Shown: positions 55,492 through 64,000 of the stretch, piece by piece
Position numbering within the stretch: position 1 is the stretch's first letter
How the letters are laid out: each line of letters opens with the position of its first letter
Virus record (IMG/VR): IMGVR_UViG_2921473944_000001
Span: 1-64,000 of that record
Direction: 5' to 3' (one strand)
Source of the DNA: a virus
Lineage: Duplodnaviria > Caudoviricetes
Length of the DNA: 64,000 nt
Notes under the pieces: generated by a model
Databases searched by the model: none
Told to the model about the DNA's origin: nothing
Seen by the model: the letters and a program-made list of their open reading frames with translations, nothing else
Program-made: the position numbers and the translations under genes

Positions 55492-56605
55492 TCACAATAT
55501 CCTCCAAGTTCAATGTTTACGATTTCATCAGCATCGATTTCCAAAATTTCCACTTCAATATCAGACATATCATCAACAATAGTCATCCACCCTCTTGCAA
55601 TTTCTTTTTTGTAGAGTTCCTTGATTATTAAATCTTTAGCTGCTTCTGCTGTATCTTTTTTCGTATAAATACCAAAAATATTTTCGATATGACCATAACC
55701 ATCATAATAAGTGTTTCCGTGAACCACATATAACATCATTAATCTTCATCCTCCATTTTCTTTTTCAGTTCATTACGTGCATATGTACATGCCGAATCAT
55801 TTTCGCAGCAAATAATAGTATCGTGTTCTGGAAAAGTCGTATAACCTTTATCAGAAATATAGGGTTTAAAATAACGACAATTTTGACAATATGGTTCAAC
55901 AATCACCCTAATCATCTATCTCATTGCCTCCAATACAATTTCTTTCTTACATTGAGGACAATTTATGTACGTACTGCCTTTCGCGATACCAGGAAATCCA
56001 CCTGTATGAACTGTTGTCTTAGCTCTAATATCCTCTTCCTCAAAAGAAAATAAGCAGCCACAATAATCACAACGCTTCTCCTGTCTCGTCCCTGGTTTAA
56101 TAATTTTAATCATCTCTTTTATTCCCTTTCTTTAAACGCTTCCGCTATTCTCTCAAGATTCTTAAATAAGTTCTCGAAGGAATCACGTTTCGTATCAAAG
56201 CAATATAGCTCCGATTTGTCTTTTGTTTGATCGTCTGTAAAACTAAAATATAAATCACAACCCAGTGGCGCTCTTGTCATACATAACCTAAGACCATGCG
56301 CGATGGCAACCGATTCAAATTGACTTAAGAAATCATAAACATCCATTTTGCATTCCTCCTTTATTTTTTTCTAATAATTGGTGAGATGTCTCCCACCAAT
56401 TAATAACGGGTGCCATAACGGCTGCTTCAAAATCAGCTTTAAAGTAATCTATCTCATCGTCGCTTATGGCATGTGTAAAAATTGGACCATACCCTAAACC
56501 ATAATTAACGTCGTAAATTCGTATTCTCCACATACCACAAGGCATACAAAGATGCTCTAATGTAAAAATCAAATTGCTATGTTTTTCAAAAAACTCTTTA
56601 ATCAT
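55488..56605 (-). CDS. Cluster of small hypothetical genes (55488..55739, ~55740..55907, 55916..56113 Zn-ribbon, 56119..56346, 56333..56605)
   Basis: Consecutive, coupled minus-strand ORFs. Confidence 0.5.
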
Positions 56606-56669
56606 TTTCTACTCCTTTCTAAAAATAAAAGAGAGCCTTAGCCGAATATAGCCAAGACCCTCTGTCCTG

Positions 56670-56891
56670 TTAAAAACCAATTTCTTTATATCCTTGAATA
56701 AATGCTACTGCCATTTCACGATTACGCCACATCTCCTTTCTAATCAGCTCATTATAGCGAAGAGTCTCGTTAGCGTCATTTAACATTTTTTCATCTCCTG
56801 TTAATTTAGCCGCTACCTTAGCCCCCTCTAAAAAACGGTTGATCTCTTTTAGTTTTTTGTAAGCTTTAATACGTTCAAACATAAGTATCAT
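56670..56891 (-). CDS. Hypothetical protein
   Basis: Own promoter motif and terminator. Confidence 0.6.
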   Translation of the reverse strand: MILMFERIKAYKKLKEINRFLEGAKVAAKLTGDEKMLNDANETLRYNELIRKEMWRNREMAVAFIQGYKEIGF

Positions 56892-56910
56892 CTCCTCCTT
56901 TTGGTTTTCT

Positions 56911-56935
56911 CATTAGAGGCTTTGTTTTAATCGCG
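56911..56935 (-). promoter_or_regulatory. Phage-specific promoter motif
   Basis: CATTA-N15-TCGCG. Confidence 0.7.
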
Positions 56936-56937
56936 AA

Positions 56938-57921
56938 TTATTGTTCAAGAAGAATACTATCCAGTAAACGTTTCATAGCATTGGTGACATACGCATCTTT
57001 ATCTACCATATTATCAAGCTCTTCATAAGGAAATACGTGTCTTAAGCATCTACCACTACTGTGATCAAATATACGGACACCAGTAGACTTTAAATCATCA
57101 TAACGATCAAAACTAATAGAAACACCATACTTTCTGCACAGTTCTATAATCTCTAACATAAACATCATTCCCCCAAATCGATATACTCTAATGAATCGAC
57201 ATACTCTTGACTCCAGAACCAATTAGTAAATGGACTCTTACTCCAGTATTTTGCCGAATATACAATTTTATTCCAGTTATAAGCCTTCTCTATAACTTTT
57301 GATCTCGTATTATCTTCATATTCACTATTAACACATTCTATCTGTTTAATAATAGACTCGCGTTGCATATGTGCTTTGTAAATAGATACATCGACTCCAG
57401 TATGTCCTATAATAATAACTACAACTACAATGAATGTTGCAAGTCCGCCTAATAACATACAGACAAGGCCACCAACGTCAAGATCGTAATACTTACAGCT
57501 ATCCTCAAACTTATAATGCAAAATAGCACCAGCAATCGTTACAAATATACATAACAAAGTTATAACCATTTATTCTGTCTCCTTTACAATTCCTAAAAAT
57601 CTTACAGTCTCATCTCTAAGACACACCCAGTATCTCTTTCCTTTATATACAACTTCATCACCGTCATAGTTATAATCCTTGTCCGGCTCGGAAGCATATG
57701 CTAATATCATTACTTTCGTAGTATTATTCATCTTTCCAATTCTCCTTATCAATAAACGGCTCGATTCTTTTGTAAACGTCACGCGGTACAAGATTCTTAT
57801 ACCCCCAGTCAAATAGGTTAAATAACGTCTTATAATATGATTCGATACATTCATAACCGATACGCTTGTTACACTGATCTTCCAGCATAGCTGCATAGTC
57901 ATGTTTGGCTATTGCATTCAA
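56938..57921 (-). CDS. Hypothetical genes (56938..57222, 57165..57569 membrane, ~57570..57731, 57724..57921)
   Basis: Consecutive ORFs; 57165..57569 has two TM helices. Confidence 0.5.
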
Positions 57922-58018
57922 TATAATTATATGATTTTATAGGTGTTATTGTTTTTTAAATATAAAATAACCGGTGCTATTAATATAAATATGTTAATAA
58001 ATATCATCTCTATCCCCC

Positions 58019-58627
58019 TTATGCTGACAGAAGGTCTTTAATACCCTCAAGTAATTCCTCTTTGTCATCTTTGGCTTTCTTATCCTTCTCAACCGCTACA
58101 TCTAACGCTTCTTTTGCTTTAAGAACTTTATCTTTGTTTGTAAACAACGTGTCAATAGCTTCGTACTTAGCTACAGCGTCATCACGTTTCTTGTCAGCCG
58201 CCTCAATTTTCTTAAGGCACTCCTCGCGGATACGATTAATCTCTTCCTTACACTCAAGACGAACACGAACTACTTCTGCCTCCGCGTTACTCTTAACTCT
58301 CTCGGCATCACGACATACATCGTCATTTGCTTTAGCCACACGATCTGCATGAAATTTAGCGAATGTCTCCTGATCCATTTCTTTAAGTCTCTGAGAATAT
58401 GCAGTCTTAGCTTCTGCATCAGCCTTAGCCAATTCCTCACGCATTTTAATATCTTTAATACGTTCTTCTTCAGCAATGCGATTAAGCTTAGTCTGATGAA
58501 TCTTCTTCTCTTCCTTACGCTCAATATGTCCAGCTGCCCAGTAACATCCCGCCCCTCCAGTAAATACTGCACTGCCTACTACCATCATCCATTTTCCGAT
58601 TTCTTTAATTTTAGCTGTGTTCATCAT
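58019..58627 (-). CDS. Membrane-anchored coiled-coil protein
   Basis: N-terminal hydrophobic helix, then a long charged helix. Confidence 0.65.
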   Translation of the reverse strand: MMNTAKIKEIGKWMMVVGSAVFTGGAGCYWAAGHIERKEEKKIHQTKLNRIAEEERIKDIKMREELAKADAEAKTAYSQRLKEMDQETFAKFHADRVAKANDDVCRDAERVKSNAEAEVVRVRLECKEEINRIREECLKKIEAADKKRDDAVAKYEAIDTLFTNKDKVLKAKEALDVAVEKDKKAKDDKEELLEGIKDLLSA

Positions 58628-58633
58628 AATCTG

Positions 58634-59137
58634 TTATCTCCTTTTCACCCCATTATTTTTGAGAATAGTTTCAAGATCGTGAATAATTTCCTGCTGATGA
58701 TTCACAATTCCAATAAGCTCGTTTACTTTAATAACAAGCATTTTGTCGGTATGCCCATATTCATCAGCTACATACCATTCTTTGTTTAAGCGTTTTACTT
58801 TTCGTTTATTAGCCATGGCTCCTCCTTTCTACGCTTGAGAAATAAAAGAGAGTCTTAGCCAAATATAGCCAAGACCCTCTGTCCTGTTACTTATGAAACT
58901 TTACTCCTCTTCTTTGGAGTTTTCTGGTTCACCCCATTCATATCGACCACTTTTCTTTTTTGGCTCGTCATCATCTGAGAGTTTATCGACTGTATGATCT
59001 AAAACCACGCCAACTGCCGCACACACAAACATGTCGACAGCCTTAGCTACTGCTTTACCCATACACAACCCAAAACCTACAGCAAACGCCGCTTTTCTTA
59101 ATCCTTTTGTGTTCAATACTACATCGTATTTCTCCAT
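58634..59137 (-). CDS. Two hypothetical genes (58634..58816, 58901..59137)
   Basis: RBSs present; separated by a terminator. Confidence 0.55.
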
Positions 59138-59163
59138 AATTGTTCTCCTTTCAAAATAAATTT

Positions 59164-59993
59164 CTAAGTATCCATAACAGCCCTTGTATTTTTCGCGTAG
59201 AAATAATAATCAACGTACTCTTTAGCAATATCAAGATACTCGCTAGGATAACATCCAAGATTACCAGTAAATACCCCAGCGTCGATTTTCCAGTTTGATC
59301 TATATAGACCAAGTTGCTCCCATTTAGATAAATATGAATGACTCTCAGACTCTGGGATTGAATCCTGTACCAGGTCGATAACTTCTCGTACAGTCCATAA
59401 ATCACATAATACGAACTTTATACACATTCTGAAAAATGTCTTTTCTTTATCGGTCATAATACTCACCTCACTTTATAACAATTTTGTGCTTTCCTGATGA
59501 ATTTCTTAATACCTTTAATCCGGCTGATTTAATATCTCCGATCTGCTCATTGTAGCTAATAATCTGACGCGTACAACCATGTATATAATTAGCGTACATT
59601 TTATCGAGATATTCTTCATACTCAGCTTTTCGCGAATAAATCTCCATCTTCAAGCTATCTTTAAACGCATTGGTAGATTTATATGCATCCATATAATCAG
59701 TTAACATATCAATAAAATTATTCATAATATATATCTCCTTATTTTCTAACTATTCTTAGTTTGCAATAGTCCTGATCGTTATCGGTGTAAACAACTTTAT
59801 ACCTATCATATAGTCCTCTATATATCAGATATTTATATATAGCATCAAGCAGACCATTTTCATTACTTTCATACGATCCACCTATATCAGCACCATGTCG
59901 TACGGCTTGCTCTAAAATATCATTAATCAAATCTATCTCTGTATCGAATGAATTTAATGGTGTAGGTACTAACTTTTCATACTCTTCTGACAT
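59164..59993 (-). CDS. Three hypothetical genes (59164..59466, 59468..59725, 59739..59993)
   Basis: Consecutive ORFs downstream of the helicase. Confidence 0.55.
59173..59197 (-). promoter_or_regulatory. Phage-specific promoter motif embedded in the 3' end of the upstream CDS
   Basis: CATAA-N15-TCGCG upstream of ATG 59137. Confidence 0.75.
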
Positions 59994-60008
59994 AATCCAT
60001 ATTTCCTT

Positions 60009-61244
60009 TCATTTCTTATCTATGAATTTACGCTCATTGAAATTTTTCTTCTGTGACAAAGCTCGAGATATAGCTAAGTCGATATTAGAACGAGACTTCA
60101 AATGATAGTAATATAAATCGATGTATGGTGTATTAAGTCTGTCTATACGTCCACATGCCTGCAGTAACGTTTTATAGCTGTAAGTCTGAGAGAAAAATAC
60201 AATGCAATCAGTCTTAATGCAGTTAAAACCTTCAGCACCCGAACTGTAATTGACTATATACACCCATCGTTCTGTCTCCGGTATTGCTTCATGAGCATGT
60301 CCTGAATATTCAGCAACAGCTACGTCTTCTCCGTAATAAAGATTCTTTAAAATATCGCGTTCATAATCATACGAGTAAAATATAATCATTCTTGGATGTT
60401 CTTCAAACAGCTCCAGCAATTTTACTTGACGAGACACATCAGAATTAACAATCTTACGGAGAATATAACATAGCACAGAGGCTTGGGATATTGGCTCTTT
60501 CTTGAATGGATCAAAACGTGTCTTCATGACTTCTTTGTAAAACGGTTTATCATATTCGACCCAAACATCTTCATGATGCGGTATCGTGTGTCTTCTAAAA
60601 TCCATATTTATAAGAATTCTATCTCTCAGACGAATAAGCCTTGTTTCATTTCTATACCCTGTCACACTTGGATAGCTAGTATAACGTGAATATATAAGAT
60701 GATTATCTCTGAATTCTGTACGATTACGAAAGAAACCGTTAGCCACAAATACAGTTTCGTAGTCTTGCCAAGTATCACCTGGGCTTGCTGATAATATGAT
60801 CCACTCATTATACTTAGCAATCTTAAGAAAAGCCTTACACCAAGCCCCTTTTCCAGTAACCTTATCCTCGTCAAATATAAAGAACGCATCCTTAATATCT
60901 TGATATTTTTTAACACATTGCCAACTATCTATCACTACCAAATTACCATACATTCCAGTCACATGTGTCTTCTTATCGGGATATAACAGAAATGGTGTAA
61001 GCTCTTCTTCCCACTCCATATCGTGTTTTTTCTTAGCGGTTGTTATAATATACAAGTCCGGTGGATTCTTAGACATAGGCTTATAGGTATGATATCCTAA
61101 ATACCCGCCATATGTACTGAAGTAGTAATATAATGACGTTCTACTCTTACCGCTACCAGTACCACCGTTAAGAATACAACCAGTAAACATTCGGTCTATA
61201 GCTTGCTGCTGGTGTGGATATAAGAAATCAGTCTTCCTTGTCAT
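60009..61244 (-). CDS. Superfamily 2 (SNF2/DEAD-like) DNA helicase
   Basis: 'GGTGSGKS', 'FIFDED', 'SASPG', 'GAEGFN', 'QACGRIDR'. Likely start MTRKTD at 61244. Confidence 0.9.
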   Translation of the reverse strand: MTRKTDFLYPHQQQAIDRMFTGCILNGGTGSGKSRTSLYYYFSTYGGYLGYHTYKPMSKNPPDLYIITTAKKKHDMEWEEELTPFLLYPDKKTHVTGMYGNLVVIDSWQCVKKYQDIKDAFFIFDEDKVTGKGAWCKAFLKIAKYNEWIILSASPGDTWQDYETVFVANGFFRNRTEFRDNHLIYSRYTSYPSVTGYRNETRLIRLRDRILINMDFRRHTIPHHEDVWVEYDKPFYKEVMKTRFDPFKKEPISQASVLCYILRKIVNSDVSRQVKLLELFEEHPRMIIFYSYDYERDILKNLYYGEDVAVAEYSGHAHEAIPETERWVYIVNYSSGAEGFNCIKTDCIVFFSQTYSYKTLLQACGRIDRLNTPYIDLYYYHLKSRSNIDLAISRALSQKKNFNERKFIDKK

Positions 61245-61409
61245 TAAGAATCTCACCTCTAAAATAATCAGTAGCGTATGGTTTATGCTGGAATGCACTT
61301 CTGGCTACGGGTAATACTCTCGAATTAACCATATTGGCTCTTTTTCTATCGGATATCGTTTCGCATATCGCCTTTTTGCTACCTTGTGTTGTGTCAAAAT
61401 TCAGTCTAC

Positions 61410-61625
61410 TCATCTCCATATCCTCCCAGTGTTCTTTGATTTGATTGTGATTCTCCCTTCGATATGGAAACCTGACAACTCACAAATAGTGAATATAGTA
61501 TCTAGTAGTTTCTGAAATTTAGCACTCTCATCTTCTGCTGCTTTAATAGCTTTATATGCTGTAGGATCAGAATAACCCTCTGCGTTTTTTCTTAAGTTAT
61601 CGCTCATCTTGCTTCTCCTAATCAA
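61410..61625 (-). CDS. Hypothetical protein ('KNAEGYSDPTAY' family)
   Basis: Motif common in Bacillota phages. Confidence 0.6.
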   Translation of the reverse strand: MIRRSKMSDNLRKNAEGYSDPTAYKAIKAAEDESAKFQKLLDTIFTICELSGFHIEGRITIKSKNTGRIWR

Positions 61626-62250
61626 GTAATTCTGTATCTATAATCTGGAAATTTGCTCTGTGAATATAAAGAGGTTTTCCATCTATCATAAGTTTTGTCA
61701 TTTTAGGTAAATCATCTGGGATCTCCCAGTATACTTCATCACCAGAATATGCTGTAATAGGTTGACCGAGCTGCGATTTAATTACCACAACACGACTTTT
61801 ACCAAACATGTTTTTATATTTATTAACGACACCAGTAATACTAGTCCAATCGGTAATACTGCCTGCATAACTGTAAATATCATTCTGACTGAATACTGTA
61901 TCAGGCCGTAATCCGTTTCCTTCAAATATACATGTATCACCACAGCTCTGGATCTGCTCACCATCGATATTAATCGTAATAACTGATGATAATTCGTATC
62001 CAGTAATGACTTCACCATCGCTGCTGTATGATGTTGTTTCTACTGGATTACCAACAATATTTATTCGATCTCCGGTAGCCGTCATAACAATGCTTCCATA
62101 ATTATCGTACGTACGAATCGTATAGCTATTACCGATCAGATCGCCTTTAATATCGTTTAGTTTCGAATCGAGAATAGCGCATCCCGAAATACTGAATACC
62201 ATTAACATCATTAGAATTACTGCTGTCAGTTTTTTAATATTTTTCTTCAT
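61618..62250 (-). CDS. Lipoprotein (DUF5052-like)
   Basis: Lipobox ISG-C; 'VVIKSQLG.PI.AYSG..V.W..PDDLPK.TKL.IDGK.LYIHRANF'. Confidence 0.7.
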   Translation of the reverse strand: MKKNIKKLTAVILMMLMVFSISGCAILDSKLNDIKGDLIGNSYTIRTYDNYGSIVMTATGDRINIVGNPVETTSYSSDGEVITGYELSSVITINIDGEQIQSCGDTCIFEGNGLRPDTVFSQNDIYSYAGSITDWTSITGVVNKYKNMFGKSRVVVIKSQLGQPITAYSGDEVYWEIPDDLPKMTKLMIDGKPLYIHRANFQIIDTELLD

Positions 62251-62307
62251 TAGTTTTCCTCCAAATATAAAAGAGGCTCTCTTAACAGAGGGTCTCTTGC
62301 TTTTATC

Positions 62308-63021
62308 TCATGGCTTGTTATCAGCGTTTACCACAATATAGCCGTCTTTGCTACACCACATAACTTTGTCTGATAGAATATCTTCTGAACTAACTACACC
62401 ACTGTCATAATTCACCTCATGTACCATAAATTTAAGTTCTTCAACAATATCATAGTCACAGTCAGGAATTATCATGAGTTCATGTATAGATGAAGGTATC
62501 ACAAAGTAGTTGTATCCAAGAGAATCGCCAATCGTCTTGCGTACGTTATGATTCGCTATACAGCCAGCGCCATATATGTGTTTTATATTTGTAATAGCAA
62601 ATAGTCGCATAACCTGTGGATCAATAGATAAACGTTTACCATATAGATTAGATGTCATCGCTGTTGATTTTTCTAAAAATGAACGAATGTCTGTAATATC
62701 AAAGAGTAATAGTGCTTCTTTATTCATTGCTGCCAACGCATCACGATACAGCTGGTTTACAGTAATCCCCCAGTAATTCATAATACCATTGTTGACATTG
62801 AACGAATACAGGCCCTCACCATCTGAGCCAATATTTACTGCGAAATATCCAGCCCAGTCACCTACATATATCACTGGTAAAGCTTTAATGCGTTCTGGTT
62901 TAAGTTCAGGATCACACAAACGAATTTCCAATCTATCTTTGCAATCTTCGTATCCAATCAACATAATGACTCCTCCTTTTATTCTTCCTGTTCTTCTATT
63001 CTTACACGACCTCTCTCCCAT
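62308..63021 (-). CDS. DUF5688-like protein
   Basis: 'YF.IPSSIHEL.I.P...L..MV.EVN...V..ED.LSD.V'. Confidence 0.7.
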   Translation of the reverse strand: MGERSCKNRRTGRIKGGVIMLIGYEDCKDRLEIRLCDPELKPERIKALPVIYVGDWAGYFAVNIGSDGEGLYSFNVNNGIMNYWGITVNQLYRDALAAMNKEALLLFDITDIRSFLEKSTAMTSNLYGKRLSIDPQVMRLFAITNIKHIYGAGCIANHNVRKTIGDSLGYNYFVIPSSIHELMIIPDCDYDIVEELKFMVHEVNYDSGVVSSEDILSDKVMWCSKDGYIVVNADNKP

Positions 63022-63831
63022 AAATCTTCTCGCAATTTATCCATATCCAATTCACCTGATTCCCATTTTTTATAATAATCAATTACGTGTTCCGTGAACT
63101 TTGGAATCTTATCTGAATATGTTTTCTGCCAGTAATGATCCATGAGTACTTCCATAGGTAATGTAAGCATCAGAACCATAGATGTACGTACTGCATCTTC
63201 TGTTGCTTCTTTTTTAACACGCTTAAGCTCTGTAGCAATCTTTTCGTTTACCATAGCTTCGAGCTGCTCTTCCGTTAAATTGTAAGTAGCTGTCTTGTTT
63301 TTCTCTCGCTCAGCTCTACGCCTCTCCGCTCTCGTCATTTGAATCCCCACCCTTTACATTGTTACATCTTTCAATACAAATACAAATTCTACTAATAATA
63401 CTTGATACTGACATGTAAATAAGAAGCGTGTACAGCATAAGTTCGATAAAAGAAATAAAATTCATCGTCTCTTCTCCTCCACAAATTCTCTTAATAATTT
63501 CTTAGCCGCTTCAACACCCTGGTTATAACGCACATTCATCGCGTTATTGCCTGGTAGTTTAAGCTTGTTTAACTCTACAAGGACTTGTAAATATTCTTGT
63601 TTTTTCATACTACTTACCGCCTTTCTTTTTGTCCGGAGTGTAATTGATCGGCTTGTGTGAATATTCATTTACTGCCTGACCAAGACACTCGTTACAAGGT
63701 TCTTCATCCTGCGCACACTCAGCCGATTTACATGTTGGACAATACTGCTCGAAATATACGATCTTGTCAATAAAGTCCATATCACTCACCTCCTTCATCA
63801 ATATGCACATCGGCGTTCTTTGCAGCATCAC
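62979..63831 (-). CDS. Three hypothetical genes (62979..63350, 63462..~63608, 63610..63831 Cys-rich)
   Basis: Consecutive ORFs with RBSs. Confidence 0.5.
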
Positions 63832-64000
63832 CTAATGAAATACACAGTAGTGTTATGATAATTCCGCAAAGGAATCCAATACCTGCTCCTACTAAAACCA
63901 TCGTTATCACCTCCTAAAATATAAAAGAAAAAGCCCAAGCGTTATGCCTGAGCCTTCTTAAAATAATCACATGTTATCTCTGATACTAAATACGCCCTAT

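Larger units (their letters stand above)
38965..63960 (-). repeat. Dispersed family of sequence-related intrinsic terminators
   Basis: Plus-strand A-tract + AGAG(C/T)C(T/C)...AGAC(C/T)/GCC hairpins at ~38970, 39355, 39805, 40410, 40730, 41643, 43445, 47990, 49395, 49740, 53340, 53645, 53922, 54283, 56622, 58840, 62268 and 63925. The 56624 and 58840 copies match at 47/49 bp. Confidence 0.75.

Noticed and set aside
15756-59634. Other TCGCG occurrences (15776, 17255, 35026, 35895, 39682, 59630)
   Set aside because: They lack the ATAA/ATTA element at the 15-nt spacing and lie in coding DNA or a terminator stem.
405-63097. Numerous plus-strand ORFs in the six-frame track (e.g. 11160..11753, 12378..13091, 58349..58789)
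   Set aside because: They are antisense shadows of long minus-strand genes, with no RBS or recognisable motifs. Only 26162..26800 is supported.
1-64000. Prophage boundaries or host DNA
   Set aside because: No integrase, att-like site or bacterial housekeeping genes are visible; the window is phage throughout, and lifestyle cannot be determined from it.

Overview
This 64-kb window is part of a tailed dsDNA siphophage genome (AT-rich, probably infecting a gut Firmicute/Bacillota host). It is almost entirely coded on the minus strand. No integrase, reverse transcriptase or CRISPR array is visible. In transcription order (right to left) the window contains: (i) ~27 kb of small accessory genes (63.8-36.4 kb), including a helicase, ThyX-like, MazG-like and DHH phosphoesterase genes. 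These are organised into many short units bounded by a family of similar terminators and by at least 15 copies of a non-sigma70 promoter-like motif (CGCGA-N15-T(T/A)AT(A/G)). (ii) An iteron-like repeat array, a tRNA-Ile2(CAT), a VRR-NUC gene, a PD-(D/E)xK exonuclease and a 1046-aa single-chain two-barrel RNA polymerase (GADFDGD). (iii) A probable cos site near 30133-30141. (iv) The packaging, head and tail module: TerS, HNH, adaptor, an array of proteins sharing an N-terminal 'ELxH-xGVKGMKWG' tag, TerL, portal, protease-capsid fusion, tail genes, endolysin, tape measure and tail fibres. From memory, the layout resembles the actinophage AU/BI/DJ-type and gut 'Ca. Heliusviridae'-type phages; this was not checked. 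Two candidate systems stand out. (1) A phage-encoded single-subunit RNA polymerase together with its probable cognate promoter and terminator cassettes. (2) A shared His-anchored tag, possibly for capsid loading and protease cleavage. It occurs on variable cargo proteins (including a DUF6883-like RNase toxin followed by a cognate and an orphan immunity gene, and an ART-like protein), in variant form on the RNAP N-terminus, and in the capsid scaffold linker. All family names come from motif recognition, not database searches.
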